Assembly: GCA_965204725.1 (NCBI GenBank)
Contig: OZ242005.1
Location: forward strand, 1,344,001-1,408,000
Direction of reading: 5' to 3'
DNA length: 64,000 bases
DNA from: Candidatus Latescibacterota bacterium
Lineage (GTDB): Bacteria > Latescibacterota > UBA2968 > UBA8231
Made by a program: the position numbers and the translations under genes. The notes under the pieces are model-generated. The model had not been told where the DNA came from and ran no database searches. It was given only the letters and a program-made list of their open reading frames with translations. This document shows, piece by piece, positions 28,154 to 37,278 of this stretch (the stretch's first letter is position 1; each line of letters begins with the position of its first letter).

Positions 28154-29134
28154 ATGGAATACCGCAATTTAGGCAAGGCTGGCGTCAAGGTGTCCAAGGT
28201 GTGCTTGGGCACGGCGTTTCGCGGCGAGGAGGACGAGGCTACCTGCATCGAGGTGGTGCAGCGGGCCTTGGACTTGGGCTGCAATTTCATCGATACGGCC
28301 CTGTATGGGGCGGGACGATCCGAAGAGGTGGTCGGCAAGGCCATCAAGGGACGGCGCGAGGAAGTGGTGCTGACGACCAAGATTTTTGGCACCTTGGGCC
28401 AAAGCCCCAATCACGTGGGGCTGTCGCGGGTCAATCTGCTGCGGGGCATTGAGGCGTCGTTGCAGCGGCTCCAGACCGATTACGTCGATCTGTACTTGCT
28501 GCACTCCTTTGATCCAGTAACGCCGCTGGAGGAGACCTTGGGTGCGCTCGACGACATTGTGCGGCAGGGCAAGGCGCGCTACGTGGGGTGTTCTAACTTC
28601 CCGCCGTGGAAGATCGTCGAGGCCCTGTGGATTTCTCAGCGCGAGCGTTTGGCCTCCTTTGCCTGCATCCAGAATCAGTACAACTTGCTCAACCGCTCGG
28701 AGATGGAGCCTGAGCTGATGCCTATCTGCCGTCAGTTCGGTTTGGGCATTATGACCTACAGCCCGCTGGCCATTGGCCTGCTGTCCGGCCGCTTCCGCCG
28801 CGGGCAAACGCCGCCGCCGGGTACGCCGTGGAGTGCGGAAAAGCTGTGCGGCCTGAGCCCGGGCAAATACAACTTTGCCGCGGCCATGACCGAGCGGGTC
28901 GATACCATCGTCCAGACGCTGATCGATATCGGGGCGCGACACGGCAAGACCCCAGCGCAGGTGGCCATTGCTTGGATTTTGGACCACGACGAGATCAGTG
29001 CGCCCATTTTGGGGGCCGACGAACCGGCGCACGTGGAGGAGGTTTTCGCGGGCTTGGACTGGTCTTTGGCGCCGGAAGAGCGGGCTTTGTTGGACGAGGT
29101 CTCAGCGGTAAAAAGCCCGCAGAAGTACGCCTGA
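28154..29134 (+). CDS. Aldo/keto reductase
   Basis: LG..GVKVS..CLGT, FIDTA.YG, SL.RLQTDYVDLY, GKARYVGCSN, YSPLA.GLL. Confidence 0.93.
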   Translation: MEYRNLGKAGVKVSKVCLGTAFRGEEDEATCIEVVQRALDLGCNFIDTALYGAGRSEEVVGKAIKGRREEVVLTTKIFGTLGQSPNHVGLSRVNLLRGIEASLQRLQTDYVDLYLLHSFDPVTPLEETLGALDDIVRQGKARYVGCSNFPPWKIVEALWISQRERLASFACIQNQYNLLNRSEMEPELMPICRQFGLGIMTYSPLAIGLLSGRFRRGQTPPPGTPWSAEKLCGLSPGKYNFAAAMTERVDTIVQTLIDIGARHGKTPAQVAIAWILDHDEISAPILGADEPAHVEEVFAGLDWSLAPEERALLDEVSAVKSPQKYA

Positions 29135-29149
29135 CCTGAAGGAGGGGCC

Positions 29150-30697
29150 ATGCCCAAACGCAGATTGCCAATCGGCATTCAGACCTTCCGCAAAATTTGG
29201 CAAGAGAACTGCTACTACGTCGATAAGACCGCGTACATCCGGCGGCTGCTCGACGAGGGGACTCACTACTTTCTATCGCGCCCCCGCCGCTTTGGCAAGA
29301 GCCTGTTCCTCGACACGCTCAAGGAGTTGTTCGAGGGCAACGAGCCGCTGTTTGCGGGGCTGTACATCCGCGATCGCTGGGATTGGTCGGCGCGCCATCC
29401 GGTCGTGCGTCTCAGCTTTGGCAGCGGCAATTTCAAGGAGCCCGGCTACGTGGAGACGAACCTGATGGCGCAACTGGACGCGGTCGCGCGCCGGGCTGGT
29501 ATCGCGTCGGATTACGCCACCGGGCCGGAGCGATTTGCCCACCTGCTGGAGACGCTGCACACCCGAACCGGGCAGGCAGTAGTCGTGCTGATCGACGAAT
29601 ACGACAAGCCGATTTTGGACGCGCTGGAGGTGCCGGAGATAGCCCGCGCCAATCGCGACTTTCTGCGCGGCCTGTACGCGGTCATCAAGGACTGCGACGC
29701 GCACGTCCGTTTCGCGTTCATCACCGGAGTGAGCAAGTTTTCCAAGGTCAGCCTGTTTTCCGGCCTCAACAACCTCACCGACATTACCCTTGAACCCGAG
29801 TACTCGGCCCTCTGCGGCTACACCGACGCCGATCTGGACGCGGTGTTCGCACCGGAACTTCCCGGCCTAGACCGGGATCAGATCCGCGACTGGTACAACG
29901 GCTACGCTTGGCTCGGTGCCGAGCGGGTGTACAACCCCTTCGACATCCTGCTGCTCTTTCGTCGCCGCCGCTTCGACGCCTACTGGTTTGAGACCGGTAC
30001 TCCCACGTTCTTGATCGAAACGCTGTTCAAACGCCGCGTCAGTTCCCTCGCGCTGAATCGGATGGAGGGCAGCAGCGAGTTGCTATCGACTTTTGACGTG
30101 GACGACATGGCGACCGAGGCCCTGCTGTTTCAGACGGGCTACCTCACGATAACGGCCGAAGAAAACCTCGGCGGCGAGCGGCTCTACCAGTTGGGCTATC
30201 CCAACCGGGAGGTGCGCCAGAGCCTAAACCGCAGCCTGCTGCGCTACTTGGTGAAGGACCCATCGCGGCAGATGGCCAACAGCGTCCGGCTCTACCGACT
30301 GCTGGAGGCCAACGACTTCGCCGGGCTGGAGACGCTCTTCCACGCCTTCTTCGCCAGCATTCCCTACGAGTGGTATAACAACAACGACATCGCCCAGTAC
30401 GAGGGCTATTACGCCAGCGTGTTCTACTCCTATTTCGCCGGGCTGGGGCTGGACATTGCCGTGGAGGACAGCAGCAGCCATGGCCGGCTGGATATGGCGG
30501 TTTTGTTTAACGGCTGCGTCTATTTGTTCGAGTTCAAGGTCGTTGAGTTGGCGTCTGCGGGCGCGGCCATGGCGCAGTTGCAGCAGCGGCGGTACGCAGA
30601 CAAGTATCGCGCCTTGGGCCAGCCGATGTACCTGATCGCTGTCGAGTTCAGCAAGGACGCCCGCAACCTCGCGGCGTTTGACGTGGAGCGCGCCTGA
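29150..30697 (+). CDS. AAA-ATPase-like protein with C-terminal PD-(D/E)XK nuclease
   Basis: LPIGIQTF, YYVDKT, RPRRFGKSL (Walker A), LIDEYDKP, EGYYAS, GRLD..FEFK. Confidence 0.92.
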   Translation: MPKRRLPIGIQTFRKIWQENCYYVDKTAYIRRLLDEGTHYFLSRPRRFGKSLFLDTLKELFEGNEPLFAGLYIRDRWDWSARHPVVRLSFGSGNFKEPGYVETNLMAQLDAVARRAGIASDYATGPERFAHLLETLHTRTGQAVVVLIDEYDKPILDALEVPEIARANRDFLRGLYAVIKDCDAHVRFAFITGVSKFSKVSLFSGLNNLTDITLEPEYSALCGYTDADLDAVFAPELPGLDRDQIRDWYNGYAWLGAERVYNPFDILLLFRRRRFDAYWFETGTPTFLIETLFKRRVSSLALNRMEGSSELLSTFDVDDMATEALLFQTGYLTITAEENLGGERLYQLGYPNREVRQSLNRSLLRYLVKDPSRQMANSVRLYRLLEANDFAGLETLFHAFFASIPYEWYNNNDIAQYEGYYASVFYSYFAGLGLDIAVEDSSSHGRLDMAVLFNGCVYLFEFKVVELASAGAAMAQLQQRRYADKYRALGQPMYLIAVEFSKDARNLAAFDVERA

Positions 30698-30698
30698 T

Positions 30699-30800
30699 AT
30701 GCTGGACGAACTCCGCAAAATTCGCTATGCCCGCTTCCGCTTGGAGATGACGGCGGTTGATAGGTTGCGGTTGCCTCCCTTTAGGGCTGGGACGCTACGA
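30699..30800 (+). pseudogene. cas6: 5' stub (34 codons) of a Cas6-like crRNA-processing endoribonuclease
   Basis: MLDELRKIRYARFRLEMTAVDRLRLPPFRAGTLR resembles the Cas6 N-terminus (R(Y/F)R.....L.LP.(Y/F).G.(T)LRG). Resemblance stops abruptly at 30800 and the frame ends at 30869. Confidence 0.6.
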
Positions 30801-31306
30801 GATTTTGCGATACAGTCCGTTAAAACTGTGTCGGCGAAATCGAAATCGTGCTCTACTCGACCGCTGTGAGACCAAACGCCAGACTCTGCTGGCTACGCTC
30901 GTCCTTTTTGAAGCAGAGTCGGTACGCAATGGGAATTTGCTCTCTGCTGTTAGAATCGGCTTCCGAAAGCTGAGCGAGCAGTTGTTGGGTTTGCCGCATT
31001 TTACTTTTGTGCCCCAAGTCTTTCTGTGTGACGCAAGGATAGCACACAAAATCGTAAAGGCGGAGTGCGATGCAATACGGGTAGAACAGTTGCAGAAGAT
31101 GCCCTTAGAGCTGGATTGCACGTTGCCGAGGCCGATGCGGCTTCCGATATTGGGGCGGCCCTAGTAGACATCGACAAAATTTCAGAATCGCCTCTACTTG
31201 AGCGAACACCCATTCTATGACCTATGGATAAATTTTGTGAACGCTGTTTGGTACGAGCCTGAAGCGGCACTGGAGCGCGGCTCATTCGTCTAGAGTGAAC
31301 GCTTTG

Positions 31307-31343
31307 ATTTGAAGTGTTGACCCGCTTTGTAGGGGACTGAAAC
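31307..31343 (+). CRISPR. Solitary CRISPR-like repeat (37 nt), preceded by leader-like DNA
   Basis: ATTTGAAGTGTTGACCCGCTTTGTAGGGGACTGAAAC: 37 nt, CCC/GGG stem, 3' GAAAC. Lies 500 bp downstream of the cas6 stub. No intact second copy. Confidence 0.58.
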
Positions 31344-31402
31344 CTCGGTTGTTTCCATCGGCTGATGAGAAACGCACTACTTCACAAGTAAAGGAGAATA
31401 TT

Positions 31403-31723
31403 ATGTTGATTTTGACGACGCCCTCAATTGAAGGGGCAACGATCACCGACTATCACGGCATTGTGAGTGGGGAAGCCATTTTGGGTGCCAACATCTTCAA
31501 AGATCTCTTTGCGAGTGTGCGCGACATCGTGGGGGGACGGTCGGCTGCTTATGAGGAAGAACTCCGCAAAGCCAAAGACCTCGCCATTGAAGAGATGACC
31601 ACACAGGCGCGTCACATGGGCGCAAATGCCGTCGTTGGCGTGGACCTCGACTACGAAACCATTGGCGGGGGCAATATGCTCATGGTCAGTGCCAGCGGCA
31701 CGGCTGTCACTTATGCGGCTTGA
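31403..31723 (+). CDS. YbjQ/UPF0145 family protein
   Basis: [54 protein letters not shown]. Confidence 0.93.
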   Translation: MLILTTPSIEGATITDYHGIVSGEAILGANIFKDLFASVRDIVGGRSAAYEEELRKAKDLAIEEMTTQARHMGANAVVGVDLDYETIGGGNMLMVSASGTAVTYAA

Positions 31724-31766
31724 GCTTTACCGGATATTCGCGTCCGGTCTGTGAAAAGGAACGCCC

Positions 31767-32492
31767 ATGCGCCTCTGCGACTTTCCAATCCTGACCTTTG
31801 ACACCTACGGAACCCTAATCGACTGGGAGACGGGTATCTGGGACGCACTGCAACCGCTCTGCGTGCGTCTGGCTGCTCCGCCGACTCGCGAGGCGGCCCT
31901 CGCCGCATTCGCCGAGGCGGAATCGGCCTGTCAAGCGGCCACCCCCGACCTGCTCTACGCCGACCTCTTGGCGGCCACCCACCACACGCTGGCCCGGAAC
32001 TGGGGCTGCGAACCCAACGATGCCGAAAGCATCCGCTTCGGCCAATCGGTCGGGGATTGGCCGGCCTTTGCCGACGCGGCCGAATCGCTCGCCTATCTGC
32101 AACGCCACCACCGGCTGGTCACCCTGACCAACTGCGACCGCGCGAGCTACCGGGGCAGTGCCGCCCGCCTCGGCGACCCGTGGGACGCAGTCCTTACGGC
32201 CGAGGAGATCGGCTCGTACAAACCGTCGCGGGCCAACTTTGAGTACCTACTCGCCCGGGTGGCCGCCGACTTAGGCGGCGCGCCCGAACACATCCTGCAC
32301 GTCGCGCAGAGCCTTTTCCACGACCACGTCCCGGCCAAGGCCCTCGGACTGACGACCGCATGGATCGACCGGCGCGCTGGCCGCTCCGGCGGCGCAACGT
32401 CCCGGCCACAGGAGGCGGTGAAGCCCGACTTCCGGTTCAAAAGCATGGCCGAACTCGTGGCCCAGCACCGCGCCGAACAGGGCGCGGCGTAA
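31767..32492 (+). CDS. Haloacid dehalogenase type II-like HAD hydrolase
   Basis: LTFDTYGTLIDWE, LTNCD, GSYKPS, LHVAQSLFHDHVPA. Confidence 0.9.
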   Translation: MRLCDFPILTFDTYGTLIDWETGIWDALQPLCVRLAAPPTREAALAAFAEAESACQAATPDLLYADLLAATHHTLARNWGCEPNDAESIRFGQSVGDWPAFADAAESLAYLQRHHRLVTLTNCDRASYRGSAARLGDPWDAVLTAEEIGSYKPSRANFEYLLARVAADLGGAPEHILHVAQSLFHDHVPAKALGLTTAWIDRRAGRSGGATSRPQEAVKPDFRFKSMAELVAQHRAEQGAA

Positions 32493-32529
32493 GGCTGCGC
32501 TGCTAATTTCTGGCAAGGAGAGCAAACCC

Positions 32530-33291
32530 ATGAGCACATCCCTCCACGGCCGCATCGCCTTAGTAACCGGCGCGGCCGGCGGCCTTGGCCAAGCTATAAG
32601 TCGCGCTTTGGCGGCCAAAGGCGCGGTGGTCGCATTGCATTACCGCACTCAGCAGGAGGTCGCACACGCCCTCGCCGCCGAGCTAGGCGGGGCCGCTTTT
32701 GAGGCCGATATAACCAAGGCGGAGGCCGCGCAGTCGCTGGTTGAGCGCGTGGCCGGAGAATTGGGCGGGCTGGATATTTTGGTCAACAACGCCGGAATCA
32801 CCATCGGCGGGCAATACGTGGCCGAGATGTCGCTGGCGGACTGGCACCGAGTGCTCGATGTCAACCTCAACAGCGTCCTCTATATGTGTAAGGCCGCCCT
32901 GCCGCTGATGCGCACACGGGGCGGTGGCGCGGTCGTCAATATCGCCTCGAATGTGGTCAATACCCTGCCCGGCGGGGCCGCGGCGTATGCGACCTCTAAG
33001 GCCGGCGTCGTGGCCTTGACAAAGGTGCTGTCAAAAGAGGAAGCCGAGCACGGCATTCGGGTCAACGCGGTCTCGCCGGGGATCATTGACGCGGGGATGG
33101 GGCGCGGGGCGCTGGCGCGGCGGACGCCGGAGGTGCGGGCGCAGTTTCTCCGCAGCATTCCCATGCGCCGGGCCGGCGGGCCGGAAGAGGTGGCCGCGGC
33201 CGTGGTCTTTTTGGTCTCGCCGGCGGCCAGCTACGTGACGGGCCAGCACGTGAACGTCAACGGCGGTGACCGCACCGAGTCCTACCAGTAG
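32530..33291 (+). CDS. SDR family oxidoreductase (FabG-like)
   Basis: TGAAGGLG, LVNNAG, YATSK, VNAVSPG. Confidence 0.92.
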   Translation: MSTSLHGRIALVTGAAGGLGQAISRALAAKGAVVALHYRTQQEVAHALAAELGGAAFEADITKAEAAQSLVERVAGELGGLDILVNNAGITIGGQYVAEMSLADWHRVLDVNLNSVLYMCKAALPLMRTRGGGAVVNIASNVVNTLPGGAAAYATSKAGVVALTKVLSKEEAEHGIRVNAVSPGIIDAGMGRGALARRTPEVRAQFLRSIPMRRAGGPEEVAAAVVFLVSPAASYVTGQHVNVNGGDRTESYQ

Positions 33292-33293
33292 GA

Positions 33294-33497
33294 GGATCGA
33301 GGGCATCTTGCCCTCGTCGAGGGCGGGACGCCCTCGATCCCGGACGCAGCGGCACACTAGAAAAGGCGTAAGACTGGATTCCCGCCCCGTGTCGGGGCAC
33401 GGGGTGATGTTCTTTCGCGGGTGACGCCTCATCCGAATCCCGGACGCAGCGGCAACATCAGAAAAGGTGTGCTCAATGTAGGTGTCGCGTACTTGGG
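33294..33497. repeat. Composite REP/MITE-like element, copy 1
   Basis: Paired hairpins GGATCGAGGGC-ATCTT-GCCCTCG-T-CGAGGGC-GGGAC-GCCCTCGATCC (33294-33340). Nested palindrome at 33374-33426. Direct repeat ATCCCGGACGCAGCGGCA at 33337 and 33437. Confidence 0.8.
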
Positions 33498-33523
33498 AGG
33501 CGACCTGCCGCCTCAATTTGTGA

Positions 33524-33552
33524 TAGACACCTGTACGAACAGTAACTATATT
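33524..33552 (+). promoter_or_regulatory. Putative sigma70 promoter for murG-mraY
   Basis: TAGACA-17 nt-TATATT in an AT-rich stretch, about 85 nt upstream of the ATG. Confidence 0.55.
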
Positions 33553-33635
33553 AGATTACTAACATTTATGAACCTCTGACGCCTGCTGCGGTCTCGCCGG
33601 AGGAGGCGTCTAATCGTCGAAAAGATCGCATTGAA

Positions 33636-35651
33636 ATGAAGTACTTGCTCACGGGCGGTGGCACGGGCGGCCATCTGTATCCGGCCTTGGCTATTGCCAA
33701 CGAAATTCGGCGGACGCGGGCCGACGCCCAATTCCTCTACGTGGGTCACCGCGACAAGCTCGATGCTTGGGTCGTGCCCGAGCAGGGCTACCCCATCCGC
33801 TTTGTTCGCGCCCGCCCCTTCCCGCGCTCTCGTTCCTTGGTGGCCCTGTTGCGATTTGCCTGTGCGCTGGCGGTCGGGGTCCTTCAGGGGGCGTTCATAC
33901 TCGTGCGCTACCGGCCGCAAATCATCATCAGCACGGGCGGCTTCGTCAGCGCGCCGATCCTCTTCGCGCACGGGGTGCTGGCCAAAATCGGCCTTTCGCG
34001 CGCCCGCATCTTTCTGTACGAGCCGAATGCCCATCCCGGGCTCTTAAACCAACTTACCGGGCGGTTGGCCCAGCGAATCGGCGTGGCGTTTGAGCAGGCG
34101 AGTCGCTGGTTCGACGCGGAGCGGGTGGCTGTGGTCGGCTATCCGGTGCGCCGCTCTTTTTTCCAGCTCGATCGGGCGGCCGCGCGGGAAAAGTTGGGCA
34201 TTGACCCAAGCCGCAAGGTCGTGCTCGCCTTTGGCGGGTCGGGCGGCGCCAAGGCCATCAACGAGGCCGTGCTCAAAGCCTTGTTCCGCTGGCGCGCAGC
34301 CGGGCTGGTGGTCATCCACGTCACCGGCCGCTACAAGGGGCCGGATTACGACGCCGTGGCCGAGACCGAGGCCGCGTTGGCCGCGATGGGGCTAGCGGGC
34401 GAGTGCGACTGGTATCGACGCCTTGATTACGCGGATCAGATCGCCGATCTGGTCGGAGCGGCCGATCTGGTCATTTGCCGCTCGGGCGCAGGGACCCTGA
34501 CCGAGATGGCCGTCAGCGGGACGCCCGCGCTGATTGTGCCGCTGCCGACCGCGGCCGAAGACCACCAAGCCCTGAATGCGCGGGAGATGGAGCGGATAGG
34601 GGCGGCCTCGGTGCTCTACCAAGAGGCGTTTTGGGATAACGCCTGTGTCTATAGCAAGTTGGACGAGGAGAAATTGGCGCGGCAGGTGCTCGCGTTGTGC
34701 GCCGATGAGGAGCGCTTGCAGGCCATGAGCGCGGCCGCCAAGACCATGCCCAAGGCCAACAGCCTCGAACTCATCACGACCGAGTTGGACAACCTCGACG
34801 CCGGGCAGCACTCGCCGCCGTTGCGCTTGGAGTTGCCCTCGGCGCAAAAAGGCGGCTTGCCGACCGCCCCCAACGCCTTGCTGCGCTGGGTACAAGCGCG
34901 AGTCGAAGAGGTCGGGGGGGTGGAGGCGATGCACCGCGGCGAACTGGCTTATCTGCGCTATCAAGCCGATCGCCTGCTCGCGTCTGAGGGGTGGTGCGAA
35001 ATCCCGCTGGGGCGGCGCAACGTGGGCATTAAGCTCGTCGCGCTCTTGAACTACCAAGAGCGGCTGCCCCTCCTGCTGCACATCCTCACCGACCGCACCC
35101 CGACCAGCCGAGCGCGCCGGTTTTGCGGCGGCGATTTCCGCCACGGGGGCATTATACGCCGCAATGTCGTCGAATACGGCCTGCGCGGCTTGGGGGCGAC
35201 CGACGCGCACACCCGGGCCGCGCTGCTCAATGCGCTCGCCGCCGATCCCTACTTTGAGGTGCGGGCGTGGGCGGCGCAGGCGATCGGCGAGCTTTTTGCC
35301 GCCGATGACGCGCTCGAAAACGCGCTCTGTGCGGCCCTCGACGACCGCGCCCCGGAAGTGGTCGTTCAAGCCCTGAGTGCCCTCGGCAAGATAAGCCACA
35401 ATCCCGGCCTGCTAGCCCGGCTGCGCCGCTTCTACCTACACCCGAACTGGCAATTCCGCGAGCAGGTCGTGCTGGTGCTGATCGAATTTCTGCAACGCGG
35501 CGTCTTGGAGCCGGCCCAGTTGGAGCGCGATCTCGACCAAGTCTTGATCTCCATGCCTTATTTTAAGCCGGAGTTTCCCCTCGGCGCACACCTGCGCGAA
35601 TTGGCCGATCTCGTGCGCGCCGACCGACCTTGGGCGGCCTCGCAGCAATGA
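33636..35651 (+). CDS. murG: MurG-like GT28 glycosyltransferase fused to a C-terminal HEAT/PBS-repeat domain
   Basis: TGGGTGGHLYPALA, STGGFVS, EPNAHPG..N, GYPVR, FGGSGGA, RSGAGT..E, DHQ..NA. Then about 290 aa with DPYFEVRAWAAQAIG and DD.APEVVVQAL.ALG. Confidence 0.85.
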   Translation: MKYLLTGGGTGGHLYPALAIANEIRRTRADAQFLYVGHRDKLDAWVVPEQGYPIRFVRARPFPRSRSLVALLRFACALAVGVLQGAFILVRYRPQIIISTGGFVSAPILFAHGVLAKIGLSRARIFLYEPNAHPGLLNQLTGRLAQRIGVAFEQASRWFDAERVAVVGYPVRRSFFQLDRAAAREKLGIDPSRKVVLAFGGSGGAKAINEAVLKALFRWRAAGLVVIHVTGRYKGPDYDAVAETEAALAAMGLAGECDWYRRLDYADQIADLVGAADLVICRSGAGTLTEMAVSGTPALIVPLPTAAEDHQALNAREMERIGAASVLYQEAFWDNACVYSKLDEEKLARQVLALCADEERLQAMSAAAKTMPKANSLELITTELDNLDAGQHSPPLRLELPSAQKGGLPTAPNALLRWVQARVEEVGGVEAMHRGELAYLRYQADRLLASEGWCEIPLGRRNVGIKLVALLNYQERLPLLLHILTDRTPTSRARRFCGGDFRHGGIIRRNVVEYGLRGLGATDAHTRAALLNALAADPYFEVRAWAAQAIGELFAADDALENALCAALDDRAPEVVVQALSALGKISHNPGLLARLRRFYLHPNWQFREQVVLVLIEFLQRGVLEPAQLERDLDQVLISMPYFKPEFPLGAHLRELADLVRADRPWAASQQ

Positions 35652-36754
35652 TCTACTACCTCGGGATTTACCTGCACGATGCGGTTGAGGCCCTGTCGTT
35701 TTTGCGCTTGGTCGATTCGATCAGCTTTCGCGCCATCTTCGGGGCGATCACGTCGTTGGTTCTCACCATCCTCTGCGGCGGGCGGGTCATTCTCTACTTC
35801 TACAGCCGCGGGCACCGCGACATGCCGCGCGACTATCTCAACTCTGAGGCCGTCAGCAATCAAGCCAAAACCTACGGCGGTGGCCTAGTCGTCGCCGCGA
35901 TCTTGATCAGCATCGTCCTGTGGTGCAAGCTGCTCAGCCTCTTCGTCATATTCTGCGTGGGGGCGATTGTCTGGTTCGGTGCGCTCGGCTCGATTGACGA
36001 CCACCTCAAGGTGCGCTATCGCTCTAGTGATCGCGGCTTGTCCGAGCGGGCCAAGTTGGCGCTGCAAGTCTCCTTTGGCCTGGGGTTTGGGGCCGCGTAC
36101 ATCACCCAAGCCCTCCCGGCCGAGTCGGCTGGTTTGGCGACCCAGCTCTATTTGCCCTTTTTCAAAAATCCGCTCCTCGACCTTTCGTGGGGCTATGTGC
36201 CTTTTATCGCCTTTACGGTGACGGCCATTTCCAACTCGGTCAATCTCGCCGATGGGATCGACGGCTTGGCCATTGTGCCGACTTCTTTTGTCGTGGCGGT
36301 CTTCGGGGTGTTCGCCTACGTGTCCAGCCATGCGGCGATCTCGGAGTTCCTCATCTTTCCCTTTATGCCGGGCGTGGGGGAAGTCACCGTGATCTGCTCC
36401 ATCGTCTTTGGGGCCTGCCTCGGGTTTTTGTGGTTCAACTCCTATCCGGCCAACGTCATCATGGGCGACACCGGGTCCATGGCCTTGGGCGGCTTGTTGG
36501 GCACGGTGGCCGTCTTGGTCAAACAGGAGTTCCTGTTCCTAATCGTCGGGGGGATCTTCGTCGGCGAAACGCTGTCGGTGGTAATCCAAGAAAAGATCGG
36601 CATCCGGTGGCTGGGGCGGCGCTTTTTTACCCGCTCGCCGATTCACCACCACTTCCAACAGCGTGGCTTGGCCGACACCAAGATCGTCATTCGGTTCTGG
36701 ATCGTGGCCGGCATTTTGGCGCTGTGCGGCTTGGCGACGCTCAAGATTCGCTAG
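35648..36754 (+). CDS. mraY: Phospho-N-acetylmuramoyl-pentapeptide transferase-like protein (divergent)
   Basis: ATGA overlap with murG. GSIDDHLK, NSVNLADGIDGLA, FNSYPA..MGDTGS.ALG, PIHHHF. The K-G-TPTMGG motif reads NQAKTYGGG. Confidence 0.85.
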   Translation: MIYYLGIYLHDAVEALSFLRLVDSISFRAIFGAITSLVLTILCGGRVILYFYSRGHRDMPRDYLNSEAVSNQAKTYGGGLVVAAILISIVLWCKLLSLFVIFCVGAIVWFGALGSIDDHLKVRYRSSDRGLSERAKLALQVSFGLGFGAAYITQALPAESAGLATQLYLPFFKNPLLDLSWGYVPFIAFTVTAISNSVNLADGIDGLAIVPTSFVVAVFGVFAYVSSHAAISEFLIFPFMPGVGEVTVICSIVFGACLGFLWFNSYPANVIMGDTGSMALGGLLGTVAVLVKQEFLFLIVGGIFVGETLSVVIQEKIGIRWLGRRFFTRSPIHHHFQQRGLADTKIVIRFWIVAGILALCGLATLKIR

Positions 36755-37224
36755 CTTGCCCAGAGGCCATAGGCGCAGAGGAGGACGATGGCCGCGCCGA
36801 GCAGGAAGGCCGCAGAGATAGGGAGCGGCGCGGGGTGGCGGCTGACGGCGCGCTGGTAGTGGCCGTACTCAGCCGCCAAGAGGCTGTAGCCGGAGACGAG
36901 GGCGGCGATGAGGGCGGCGATGAAGCAGGTAAAGACTACTGAGTCGGCTGAAAACGCCCGGGCGATGCTCGCGACGTAAGTGCCGATGTTGATCAGCAGG
37001 CCGTGCCGCTTGGTCTGGACGCCGTAGAGTACGAGGCCCGCGCAAAACGAGGCGACGACCGCCGAGGCCAAGGCCGACAGCCAATCGCACGCGGCCGAGA
37101 GCAGCAAAAGGCCCGTGCCAACGGGCAGGTGGAGCCACATCCCGACATAAGCGTAGAAAAAGGGCGTGCGATTAAACGGCGAGTGCCCCATTAGATAGTG
37201 GGCAAAGGTAGCGAATTTGGGCAT
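36751..37224 (-). CDS. Hypothetical integral membrane protein
   Basis: 157 aa with about 5 hydrophobic segments. Fills the gap between mraY and recG. Confidence 0.65.
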   Translation of the reverse strand: MPKFATFAHYLMGHSPFNRTPFFYAYVGMWLHLPVGTGLLLLSAACDWLSALASAVVASFCAGLVLYGVQTKRHGLLINIGTYVASIARAFSADSVVFTCFIAALIAALVSGYSLLAAEYGHYQRAVSRHPAPLPISAAFLLGAAIVLLCAYGLWAS

Positions 37225-37278
37225 GGCAATGGGGCCAAAGATAGGCTGCCGCTAAGAGGCGTCAACGCATGACCAATC

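Noticed and set aside
33294-33497. CRISPR array interpretation of the intergenic direct repeats
   Set aside because: Only two imperfect copies with a palindromic insert between them. A REP/MITE explains it better.
33530-33543. CTGTACGAACAG as a LexA/SOS box
   Set aside because: Spacing is CTGT-n4-ACAG rather than n8. It sits in the promoter spacer and I saw no second copy.
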